From assembly GCA_964513665.1 (NCBI GenBank), contig CAZEOE010000001.1, forward strand, positions 1 to 41,358: a DNA stretch of 41,358 nucleotides, read 5' to 3'. Position numbers and translations under genes: made by a program. The DNA comes from Candidatus Woesearchaeota archaeon (GTDB taxonomy: Archaea > Nanobdellota > Nanobdellia > Pacearchaeales > GW2011-AR1). Positions 26,444 to 34,815 of this stretch are shown here, one piece after another (the stretch's first letter is position 1; the number at the start of each line of letters is the position of its first letter). The notes below the pieces were generated by a model that had not been told where the DNA came from, did no database searches, and saw nothing but the letters and a program-made list of their open reading frames with translations.

Positions 26444-26593
26444 CTTTAATCCAATAAATTACAGGTTAAAAACCTTAATATTTCTCAGATAGGGCGTGTT
26501 TGATATATATAAGTTTTTAAGCTCGACTTTTACAATTTAATATGTATATATCAGACAACATAACATTAAATATTAATTTCAAATTTTATGGAA

Positions 26594-27082
26594 ATGAAAA
26601 AAAACATTACGATTGTCTTCTTAAGCATTTTTGTTTATATTTTGTTCATTTCAATGACAAGTGCTAAAATAATTAACTGCGAAGGGGATTTCGAATGTTT
26701 TCTAAACAACTCGGTAAATTGCACGAGTAGCAGAGTCATGGTGATAGAGTCAGTGCAATTTTTCGATTCATTCAATGTAAGTTTAAAAACGCTCTTCAAA
26801 ATCAGACCTTATAGAGACCAATGCGAACTATTTTTTGAACCAAAATATCTAAAGATAAGAATGACTGCCGAGTTAAAGGAGCAATTAATGAATGAACTAA
26901 ACCTGACTAAATGGGAAGTTAGGAAATTAGAGCACGATATAAATAAAGAAATCAAACTAGAAAATCAAAATAAAAAAGCCTTAATATGTAGATTCAAAAT
27001 TGAGGATCTAACTGCAGTATTAAGCAGATGGCGTGAAGGCACTTTCTCAACTTATGATTTTGAGAATGCACATTGCAAATAA
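26594..27082 (+). CDS. Secreted cysteine-containing hypothetical protein
   Basis: Signal-peptide-like MKKNITIVFLSIFVYILFISMTSA and six Cys. I chose the start at the second ATG (26594) because ttaaatat ends 20 nt upstream. The ORF is open from 26588. Confidence 0.6.
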   Translation: MKKNITIVFLSIFVYILFISMTSAKIINCEGDFECFLNNSVNCTSSRVMVIESVQFFDSFNVSLKTLFKIRPYRDQCELFFEPKYLKIRMTAELKEQLMNELNLTKWEVRKLEHDINKEIKLENQNKKALICRFKIEDLTAVLSRWREGTFSTYDFENAHCK

Positions 27083-27280
27083 TTTCGACATCTTTATGTC
27101 AAACTTGCCCGTGCATAAAATTAAAACGATTAGAAAGGAGTTTCTTGCATATTCAAAGTCCCAAGACAGTCCTTCCCTTTTAGAACAGGGTAGAGCTAAA
27201 AGGACTTTGTGATTTTTCACTACTTACTTAGGTAACAATCAATGCTTAAGCTTTAAAAACTCTCAAAAAAGCGAAAAAGA

Positions 27281-28348
27281 ATGGGACAAAGGTTATTTTT
27301 TGGTTTGACCATAGCAGTAATATTTTTAATATCGGTATTCGCAACCCCATACGTTAGGAGAGGAGACGAATTAGACTATCTATTAAGTCAGAGAAACAGA
27401 ATGTCGCAAAACTACTTAGATAGACAAGCTTTAGCAGATTATAGACAAGGAGAGTTATTTGTATTTGCAAAAGATATCAGAGTAGGCTATCTAGATTGGG
27501 AGACGGATGAATTCATAGACATTCAAAGACAAGGAGCTTATATATTTGAAAATGAAATGATAATTGCTGACGTCTTTGTAAGATCTCCTGCAGGATTAAG
27601 AGACATTCTTGACGTATATGTCACCATAGGCTCAACTATAGGTAGTGGAAATGACCCAGAGCATACTTGCACAGAAAATTTGAATAAGAAGGAAGATTTA
27701 AACAGAAAAATCCAATTCAATCCAGAGACCGATATATGGTTTAAATGTGAATTTACAGCAGAAACGCCTAATAGTATGTACAGTCAGTACTGGATAACTG
27801 CGGAAGTTTCAACCATGTCTTCAGGAAAAAAAATAGCGGAAAATATGAATTTGTTTTATTTTTTCAATCCATTTATTTCAATATCAGTTAAGGGAGGAGA
27901 TGTAAAGTTTGAAGGAACACGTCCTGAAGAAAAAAGTCTATCTAATGAAATAATAGTAATTAATGAAGGAGACTATGGATATAATGTTCCACTTGAGATA
28001 TTTATTTCTGGGACAAACCTTTACGATTCCAACGCTTTTAAGGCTAGATGTCCAACTTCAAATCAGTTATCATTGAAACAAATCAAGTACAAATCTAGAT
28101 ATAAAGGGCAAGAATCTGAATTTACGAAAATAGATTATTCAACTAGACCAGACCTCTCCATAATAGAACCGATTTTAGAAGGATATCCTATAAATGAAAG
28201 AGAGGAAGTTGGTCTGACCTTCCAAATAGAATTTCCAGAGCGATGTAATGGGAATTTTGATGACGGTTTTTTATATATATGGGCTAAGCCAAAAGACAAC
28301 AGTCCATACACTCCAGTTGTTGGAGTAAGAATTGGAATGGGCTCATAA
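27281..28348 (+). CDS. Secreted or membrane-anchored hypothetical protein (355 aa)
   Basis: N-terminal hydrophobic anchor. tttaaaaa ends 21 nt before the ATG. I recognised no family. Confidence 0.65.
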   Translation: MGQRLFFGLTIAVIFLISVFATPYVRRGDELDYLLSQRNRMSQNYLDRQALADYRQGELFVFAKDIRVGYLDWETDEFIDIQRQGAYIFENEMIIADVFVRSPAGLRDILDVYVTIGSTIGSGNDPEHTCTENLNKKEDLNRKIQFNPETDIWFKCEFTAETPNSMYSQYWITAEVSTMSSGKKIAENMNLFYFFNPFISISVKGGDVKFEGTRPEEKSLSNEIIVINEGDYGYNVPLEIFISGTNLYDSNAFKARCPTSNQLSLKQIKYKSRYKGQESEFTKIDYSTRPDLSIIEPILEGYPINEREEVGLTFQIEFPERCNGNFDDGFLYIWAKPKDNSPYTPVVGVRIGMGS

Positions 28349-28470
28349 TTCTCTAGATGTTCAAGAGAAATTATTTTACCAAATAACTTATTATTTTTTA
28401 AATTTTATATTTAATCTTTCTTAAGTAATCCTCAAATAAAATTATAAAGCCTTCCCTCCAACTAAATAAA

Positions 28471-28784
28471 ATGGAAATGATGGTCCCTATTAATAGGATA
28501 GGAGAAATTAGTCTAGACACTTTAGTCTCAGATTGTCTCCAAATTATCTAGCTAAAAGTAAGGAGCATAATAAAAATGGAGTTTTCTTCATAGAGCTTGA
28601 TGAAATACCGCGTGCATTTCACAACACAAAATTCAGAGACATAGTATATTTAGACAAACCAGTCTGCGCCATTACATCAAGGCTATACTTAGAAAGCGTT
28701 AGTCCCACACTAACTTTATCTTCATTATTTCAAGAAAGAGGAGAATTTTTTCCATTTAATCCAGAATACATAAAAGAAGTCTAG
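28471..28784 (+). pseudogene. Frameshifted orphan gene (~104 codons if repaired)
   Basis: The ATG at 28471 has attataaag ending 21 nt upstream and reads 26 codons to a TAG at 28549. The track ORF 28533..28784 continues in a frame offset by one, with a 37-nt overlap window. Confidence 0.4.
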
Positions 28785-28885
28785 ATAGGAAAAATCACAC
28801 TAATTATCTTTAATTACACAAACCTCCCACATAGTGTTTTTTCAAATTTAATCAATTTTTTATACCCTCTTCCTCTCTAAATAAT

Positions 28886-29341
28886 ATGAAATTCAAGATA
28901 AGAAATTTTAGTGAGAAAGATTTGAATGAATGTGTTAAAATTATTGAACTTGGACTTGGAAAAAAGGACGCCAAATATGCAAAAATAGACTTTCTTGAAG
29001 GTATTCATCCAAAAACTAATGAATACGTGTTTCTAAAAAGAAGAGTCGCTTTAATTAAAAATAAAATAGTTGGAATTTGCGGACCCTATCAATTAGTTGC
29101 CCACCCCAAAGATTATGTTGGAATATGTTGGTATTCCGTATTGTCTGATTTCAGAAACAGGGGAATTGGTACAGCTCTTCTAAAGGATTCTGAAAAAATA
29201 GCCAAGAAAAGAGGGTATAAGACAATGTTTGTTTGGGCAACAGAAAAAGCTCAAGAATTCTATATAAAAAATAATTTTAAGAAATCAAATTTTAAACTTA
29301 AACCAAAAGAAACTGACATATTACTTTTAAAAAAATTATGA
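28886..29341 (+). CDS. GNAT-family N-acetyltransferase
   Basis: Acetyl-CoA binding motif FRNRGIGTALL, about 150 aa. tttttata ends 21 nt upstream. Confidence 0.8.
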   Translation: MKFKIRNFSEKDLNECVKIIELGLGKKDAKYAKIDFLEGIHPKTNEYVFLKRRVALIKNKIVGICGPYQLVAHPKDYVGICWYSVLSDFRNRGIGTALLKDSEKIAKKRGYKTMFVWATEKAQEFYIKNNFKKSNFKLKPKETDILLLKKL

Positions 29342-29442
29342 GACTGTATTAATTCATTAAAATGATAGAGAACTATTTTAAATCAGTATATGGGAACATT
29401 TCTTCCCACAAATTTATAACTCTCTCAAGACTAAGATAGGGT

Positions 29443-30060
29443 ATGAACAAAAAAACTAAGAATTTCGTTGAAATATTTTCAAAGGCAGAGAGAAAATTCG
29501 GCAAGGATAACAAAAGACTCGCAGGAGAGGGTTGGAATTCCGATTGGAAAACTCTCATCGCAACGATAATGTCTGCACAGTCAAGAGACGAGACAACAAT
29601 TCCAATTGCGGAAAATTTGTTTAAAAAATATCACTCAATTGAAAAACTATCCAAAGCGAAATTTAATGACGTTCTTCACATACTAAAAAGTTTAAATTAC
29701 AACAGAACAAAAACGAAAAACATAATCCAGACAGCAAAAATACTAGTTTCAGATTACAATTCAAAGGTTCCTGATGAAATAGACGAGCTGGTTAAATTAC
29801 CAGGAGTGGGGAGAAAAACAGCGAATCTCATTCTCTCGGAGATACATAAAAAAGATTCTATATGTGTTGACACTCACGTACATAGAATTTCTAATGTCTT
29901 AAGAATAGTAAAAACAAAAAATCCATTTGAAACGGAAAAAGCATTGGAAAGAATCGCTCCAAAAACGTATTGGTCCAGAATAAACCGCATTTTCGTTCTC
30001 TGGGGCAAGTCCGTTCAAGGCAGAGACAAGAAGAAGATCCTATCTGTTCTTGAAAGTTAA
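29443..30060 (+). CDS. nth: Endonuclease III-like HhH-GPD DNA glycosylase (no Fe-S cluster cysteines)
   Basis: The helix-hairpin-helix LPGVGRKTANLIL is followed by VDTHVHR. The C-terminus lacks the 4-Cys cluster. Confidence 0.8.
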   Translation: MNKKTKNFVEIFSKAERKFGKDNKRLAGEGWNSDWKTLIATIMSAQSRDETTIPIAENLFKKYHSIEKLSKAKFNDVLHILKSLNYNRTKTKNIIQTAKILVSDYNSKVPDEIDELVKLPGVGRKTANLILSEIHKKDSICVDTHVHRISNVLRIVKTKNPFETEKALERIAPKTYWSRINRIFVLWGKSVQGRDKKKILSVLES

Positions 30061-30099
30061 CAGAGATAGATTTTTATACCCTATAATCTCTAAAAATAA

Positions 30100-30264
30100 A
30101 TGGCTGAAAATAAGATACATATGCCTGGCTCTTTCGGAGGCTTGACAAGATACGATGACGAATATAAAAGTAAATTAATGATTAGTCCCACACAGGTTAT
30201 TGGATTTCTTATAGCCGTTCTGGCTTTCGTAATAGCCTTAAAATTGTTCTTCCCAGCCTACTAA
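30100..30264 (+). CDS. Preprotein translocase subunit Sec61-beta
   Basis: 54-aa ORF absent from the track: MAENKIHMPGSFGGLTRYDDEYKSKLMISPTQVIGFLIAVLAFVIALKLFFPAY. It has the GL-R-Y motif plus a C-terminal TM tail anchor. tttttata ends 21 nt before the ATG. Confidence 0.75.
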   Translation: MAENKIHMPGSFGGLTRYDDEYKSKLMISPTQVIGFLIAVLAFVIALKLFFPAY

Positions 30265-30265
30265 C

Positions 30266-30589
30266 ATGTTTCCAGGAATGAATCTAGACCCGAGAAAGAT
30301 GCAGTCAATGCTCAAGCAGATAGGAATGAAACAAGAAGAGATAGACGCGTCCAGAGTTATAATAGAAACAAGTAATAAAAAAATAATAATAAACAATCCC
30401 TCGGTGCAAAAAATAGTCTTCCAAGGCCAGGAATCGTTTCAGGTTTCAGGAGAAATTTCAGAATCCGGATTTTCAGAAGAAGATATAAATCTCATAGTGG
30501 AAAAAACCGGCAAGACACCTGAAGAAGCGAAAAATGCCCTTGAAAAAACAGGAGACATCGCAGAAGCGATAATGAGTTTATCAGAATAA
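30266..30589 (+). CDS. nac: Nascent polypeptide-associated complex protein (NAC plus UBA domains)
   Basis: MNLDPRKMQSMLKQIGM, a NAC beta-barrel segment, and a C-terminal UBA-like PEEAKNALEKTGDIAEAI. Confidence 0.85.
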   Translation: MFPGMNLDPRKMQSMLKQIGMKQEEIDASRVIIETSNKKIIINNPSVQKIVFQGQESFQVSGEISESGFSEEDINLIVEKTGKTPEEAKNALEKTGDIAEAIMSLSE

Positions 30590-30674
30590 ATTGAGATTTC
30601 TCAGCATTTTCGTCATTAGAAAGGTATTTAAACAAAATTATCCTTAAAGAAACTTACGGTGCACGTATGTTTTA

Positions 30675-31100
30675 ATGGAAGAGATAATAAAAGAGAAAAT
30701 TAGTGCAGACCATCTGCTTTATGTAAGCCTAAAGTACACGAAAACTTGTGATGTAATTATAAATCTACTTTCAAGATGGAAAAACATGATTGATCGAGGA
30801 ATTGACTATCTTGTTGAAAGAGCAAAAAAGGAAAAGAAGTGGAAGCCAGTTCCTGATGCTCCAAGAGCAAAACTCATCCAGTTAAAAGAGATTTATACAA
30901 AAGTGCCAGAGGTTAGTCAGGCTTTAGAGCTTTATGAGTTGTTTAGGGATCTTGACAAGTTGGAAAAGATAAGGGAAAATGAATTTAGAAAGGGAGTCAA
31001 TTTGAAAGTCACATATAAAGGCCAGATAATAAATATTAATTTAATTCAGCTCAAGGATTACTCGAATATACTAGAAAGATTTATAAGTTATATAAAATAA
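30675..31100 (+). CDS. Hypothetical helical protein
   Basis: Compact ORF with coding-like composition. I recognised no motif. Confidence 0.5.
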   Translation: MEEIIKEKISADHLLYVSLKYTKTCDVIINLLSRWKNMIDRGIDYLVERAKKEKKWKPVPDAPRAKLIQLKEIYTKVPEVSQALELYELFRDLDKLEKIRENEFRKGVNLKVTYKGQIININLIQLKDYSNILERFISYIK

Positions 31101-31132
31101 CCCTTCCTACTTTAAACTATAAAGTTACAAAA

Positions 31133-31888
31133 ATGGGAAAACTTATAACTATCACCTCAGGTAAGGGGGGTGTCGGAAAAACAACAACTTCAATAAATCT
31201 CGCGGCTGCGATAAATTCTTTTGGAAAAGATGTAGTTGTGGTAGACGCAAACCTTTCCACTCCTAATGTAGGGTTGCATTTAGGCGCTCCGATCGTCCCT
31301 ATAAGCCTTAACCACGTCCTTACAGGAAAGGCCAAGGTCTCAGAGGCAATATATGAACATGAATCTGGAACAAAAGTAATACCTTCTTCTCTCTCAATAA
31401 ATGATCTGAGAAATTTGGAACATTCAAAGCTTAAAGACGTAGCCAAAAAAATAAAGAAGAGTGCTGATTATATATTGTTTGATTCGGCAGCAGGTCTTGG
31501 GGAAGAGGCAATTGCAGCCATAGAGTCAGCTGATGATCTAATAATTGTCACAAATCCTGAAATACCTGCAGTCACAGACGCTCTGAAAATTTCAAAACTT
31601 ATAGAGCAAATGGGTAAAAAGGCTCTTGGAGTGATAGTCACAAAAGTGAGAAACTCCAAAACAGAAATGCCTCTGTCAAATATTCATGAAATGCTTGAAC
31701 TTCCAATTCTTGGAGCCATTCCTGAGGATGATAGGTTTCAATCATCTTTGGCTATGAAGGACGCGCTTGTTCATACCTTTCCAAAGTCAAAAGCCGCAAG
31801 AGAATACAGGAAAATAGCAGCAAAACTAATAGGAGAGAACCACACAGAAAAAATATCTCTTTTAGACAGACTGTTTAACAGGCATTAA
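31133..31888 (+). CDS. minD: MinD/ParA-family ATPase (archaeal MinD type)
   Basis: Deviant Walker A motif SGKGGVGKTT and Walker B motif ILFDSAAG. Confidence 0.85.
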   Translation: MGKLITITSGKGGVGKTTTSINLAAAINSFGKDVVVVDANLSTPNVGLHLGAPIVPISLNHVLTGKAKVSEAIYEHESGTKVIPSSLSINDLRNLEHSKLKDVAKKIKKSADYILFDSAAGLGEEAIAAIESADDLIIVTNPEIPAVTDALKISKLIEQMGKKALGVIVTKVRNSKTEMPLSNIHEMLELPILGAIPEDDRFQSSLAMKDALVHTFPKSKAAREYRKIAAKLIGENHTEKISLLDRLFNRH

Positions 31889-31889
31889 T

Positions 31890-32405
31890 CTAAAAACCTT
31901 TGTTCTTCCAACACTCTTCGTAAGCCGAATAAGTTGTAACAATTCCCATTCCAAATCCTTGAGCAACTTCATTAATTGCTTGTAACCCTGTTACATAATC
32001 ATATACATAATTTCCAAATTCACGATTCTCTCTTCGTATTTTTTCAATCTTCGCCATAATAATATCAGACACATTTTCATCTAAAATATTTCTTACTTGA
32101 TCATTCACGCTTTCTACATCTGCCTCTTTTATTTTTAAGCTCTTTTTATCCATTTTTAATTGTGCTTCTATCATCCTAAAAGCAAGTCGAGATCCTGATG
32201 TATAACCTCTAATAAGAGACACATCATCTTCGTATCTTCTTCTGATTTTTGTAGCTCCGTCATCAATATATTCTAATAAAATAGGTTGTTCATTTCTTAA
32301 TCTTCTTCTTACACTTTGGTGAAATTCACTTAAATTTCCTAAGTAATAAGCTCTAGCTGTCTCTTCTAAGGTTGAATCAATTGCCCTTGCTGATATAGTT
32401 ATCAT
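31890..32405 (-). CDS. Hypothetical protein
   Basis: The promoter aaagtttaaata (TATA 32427-32434 on the minus strand) lies 21 nt upstream of the ATG. I recognised no family. Confidence 0.55.
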   Translation of the reverse strand: MITISARAIDSTLEETARAYYLGNLSEFHQSVRRRLRNEQPILLEYIDDGATKIRRRYEDDVSLIRGYTSGSRLAFRMIEAQLKMDKKSLKIKEADVESVNDQVRNILDENVSDIIMAKIEKIRRENREFGNYVYDYVTGLQAINEVAQGFGMGIVTTYSAYEECWKNKGF

Positions 32406-32458
32406 AAAAATTCTCCTATAGAGGCTTATTTAAACTTTTCTGGTTTTAAGAAACAAAA

Positions 32459-32791
32459 TTAACTAATCCTACTTCCTAGCTCACTCTCTCTATCAGGTAC
32501 TAAAATGGACGCACTTTCTCTATCGCTACTTACAACCGCGAGAATCATACCATTGCTTTCTATACCTCTAAGCATGCTAGGTTCAAGATTGTACACAAAA
32601 ACAGCATTCTTTCCCTCCAACTCATCTTTTTTATAGTATTTTTTCAATCCAGCTACAATTGTCCTCTCCTCATTTCCAAAACTTACTTTCATAACAAGAA
32701 GTTTATCAGCATTTGGATGCTCTTCCACTTCCAGTATTCTTCCAATTCTCAGGTCTAGCTTTGCAAAATCCTCATATTTTATTTTATCCAT
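32459..32791 (-). CDS. Stand-alone tRNA-binding domain protein (Trbp111/CsaA/MetRS-C-like)
   Basis: DFAKLDLRIGRILEVEEHPNADKLLVMKV is the OB-fold tRNA-binding signature. TTTATAAA (32813-32820) lies 21 nt upstream. Confidence 0.85.
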   Translation of the reverse strand: MDKIKYEDFAKLDLRIGRILEVEEHPNADKLLVMKVSFGNEERTIVAGLKKYYKKDELEGKNAVFVYNLEPSMLRGIESNGMILAVVSSDRESASILVPDRESELGSRIS

Positions 32792-32895
32792 TCTTTCTAA
32801 AGCAATTCAAACTTTATAAAGATTTCAAATAGAAAGTTTACCTGACAACTTTACTTTCCTAAAAAATTTATAAACTTTCATTTGAAGTAGTTTAT

Positions 32896-33498
32896 ATGAG
32901 ACTGGAAGTTCCATTTTTCAAACAGACGACAGCTCTAAATTGTGGGCCTGTAGCTCTGCGCATGGTTCTTGCTTATTTTGGAAACGACATAAGCCAGGAA
33001 ATATTGGATCAAAGGACTGGAATTAAACAAGGAAAAGGGACTCTTACTATTCAAATAGCCACAGCAGTTGCTCTTTCAGGTTATAAAGCCGAGTTCTTCT
33101 CCAAAAATATTTATTTCAACGAGGAGAATTTGAAGCTTGAATTTTATCAAAAATACATGGATGAAATACAAAGATCAAAACAATTGGTTGAAGATGCTAA
33201 AAATGCTGGAGTTAAAATGGAAGAAAAAACATTAGACATTCTGGAAATATTGGAAAAAGTTAACAAAGATTGTCTGCCAATAGTTTTACTTGACTGGAAC
33301 GCTATAATAGGAAAAGAAAAACAAGGGTATCAGGGGCATTTTGTTCCTATTGTAGGATATGACGATGTTAATGTTTATGTTCATAATCATGGCTTCGATG
33401 GCACAGCTCCTTTCATGAAAATCAGAAGAGAAATATTCGATAAAGCCAGAAAATCTCAAGGGACAGATGAGGATATCTTGTTCATCAGAAGAAATTAA
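32896..33498 (+). CDS. Peptidase C39-like (papain-fold) cysteine peptidase, cytoplasmic
   Basis: VPFFKQTTALNCGPVALRMVLAYFG (catalytic Cys) and later GHFVPIVGYDD (His/Asp). No signal peptide. TTTATAAA (32867-32874) lies 21 nt upstream. Confidence 0.7.
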   Translation: MRLEVPFFKQTTALNCGPVALRMVLAYFGNDISQEILDQRTGIKQGKGTLTIQIATAVALSGYKAEFFSKNIYFNEENLKLEFYQKYMDEIQRSKQLVEDAKNAGVKMEEKTLDILEILEKVNKDCLPIVLLDWNAIIGKEKQGYQGHFVPIVGYDDVNVYVHNHGFDGTAPFMKIRREIFDKARKSQGTDEDILFIRRN

Positions 33499-33851
33499 AT
33501 CTTTATCTTTCGCGCGTATTCTCCGACAAAAAGAACATCCTTTTCCTTTCCTGACAAAGCATATATCCAACTAAGCACCCAAAGAAGCATAACAAAAATA
33601 CTAAGCGCAAAACTAACTATCCATCCTATTATAGGTATCCAACCTATTATCGATGCCAAAACCCCTGCAATAGCCCCAATTACAAATATCACGATACTTT
33701 GTCTTGCATAAAACATAACATACTTATCTCTCCTCCTCACAACTATGGCTATAACAAATCCGACTATGCTAAGAAAAGTTGCTAAAAATGCGTACAATAC
33801 AGAATCATCACTTTTTTCTCTTTTTTTCAGTTTCGCCATAATATAATCCAA
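33495..33851 (-). CDS. DUF4870-like small membrane protein
   Basis: YARQSIV motif between TM helices and a C-terminal ALSGKE...P-less loop. Three TM helices. Confidence 0.55.
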   Translation of the reverse strand: MDYIMAKLKKREKSDDSVLYAFLATFLSIVGFVIAIVVRRRDKYVMFYARQSIVIFVIGAIAGVLASIIGWIPIIGWIVSFALSIFVMLLWVLSWIYALSGKEKDVLFVGEYARKIKI

Positions 33852-34041
33852 GAAGACATATAATAAAAACTATTGCATACATAACAAAACCATAAACACA
33901 CGCAGGAAATCCAAGTACATATGAACATCCTCCAATAGCGCAACTGCCTCTGAACATTTCATTATATGTCAAAAACCCTGAGAAAAGCATTCCCGCTATG
34001 CTTATACACATCACCACCTTCAAAGCCGTTTCTTTTCTCAT
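33808..34041 (-). CDS. Truncated VKOR-like two-TM protein
   Basis: C-x4-C followed by VLGFPACVYG resembles the VKOR N-terminal half, but the CXXC helix is absent. The start was moved to MRKETALK (34041) because tttataac lies 21 nt upstream. Confidence 0.45.
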   Translation of the reverse strand: MRKETALKVVMCISIAGMLFSGFLTYNEMFRGSCAIGGCSYVLGFPACVYGFVMYAIVFIICLLGLYYGETEKKRKK

Positions 34042-34072
34042 AAAACACATAATAATATCTAAGTTATAAATC

Positions 34073-34765
34073 TTACTTGGATTTTCTAAGTTCCAAATTG
34101 ATAAGTCCTAAAGTTTTCTTAGGGTATTTCCTAGCAGTGTGTTCTATCTTACTGGATGATTTATGAGCTGAGTCATAATTATATCCCTTTGACATCAAAT
34201 TTCTTTCATGGAGCTCGTGCAGAAGAACAAATTTAAGATCTCTATTAGAAAGGTCATCATCTATCCACACTTCATTTTTTGGAACGAAATGATAAACCTT
34301 ATCATGTCCTCCTTCAGTGAAGTCTATATAAAATAAATCCCTGACAAGTTCCCCATTTACAATCCAAACGCTTATTTTATCATTGCTGTATTTCTTCAAT
34401 TTCTGCTTGTGGATTCTTTCAACCAACTTTTCATGATTTTTTATCTTTTTTATTTTCTTGTATTTGCTACTTTTAATTCTCTCAGACTTCTCTTTTCTAT
34501 CAGCAATCTCAATAGCCCTATCATAACTAAAACCTCTTTTCATTAAGCGATTTTCAACTAAGAGGTGTTCAACAAAGAATCTTTTCTCTCCAGAAGAATT
34601 TTCATCATCTATCCAAAACTCATTTTCAGGAATAAAGTTGAATCTATAGTGTTGTCCAAAGTTTGTAAATTCCTCATCCAAATTTTTTCGAACATTTGTT
34701 CCGTTAACTATGAAAATTTTAAATCCTAAAACTTCTCCTTCTTTTTTTAAATAAGGCGCTCTCAC
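34073..34765 (-). CDS. Internally duplicated HExxH-domain protein (one intact copy, one degenerate)
   Basis: Two ~85-aa repeats (IVNG..VR...F..G.H..Y.F.P.NE.WIDD...FV..H.L.E..LM..G..YD.A). Copy 2 has HELHE and copy 1 has HLLVE. GTG start. Confidence 0.65.
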   Translation of the reverse strand: MRAPYLKKEGEVLGFKIFIVNGTNVRKNLDEEFTNFGQHYRFNFIPENEFWIDDENSSGEKRFFVEHLLVENRLMKRGFSYDRAIEIADRKEKSERIKSSKYKKIKKIKNHEKLVERIHKQKLKKYSNDKISVWIVNGELVRDLFYIDFTEGGHDKVYHFVPKNEVWIDDDLSNRDLKFVLLHELHERNLMSKGYNYDSAHKSSSKIEHTARKYPKKTLGLINLELRKSK

Positions 34766-34786
34766 AATAAAATAAAAAAGACTAAA

Positions 34787-34795
34787 CTTAAATAT
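34787..34795. promoter_or_regulatory. Shared central TATA (cttaaatat) of a 50-bp divergent spacer
   Basis: 21 nt from the GTG at 34765 (minus) and 20 nt from the ATG at 34816 (plus). Confidence 0.5.
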
Positions 34796-34815
34796 CTATC
34801 TGAATTTAAACAAGA

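Noticed and set aside
26501-26553. 9-bp inverted repeat tgatatata / tatatatca in the valS / 26594 divergent spacer
   Set aside because: The repeat is pure A/T alternation in an AT-rich promoter region and is likely to occur by chance. It is much weaker than the mixed-sequence 11-mer palindrome at the Fic promoter.
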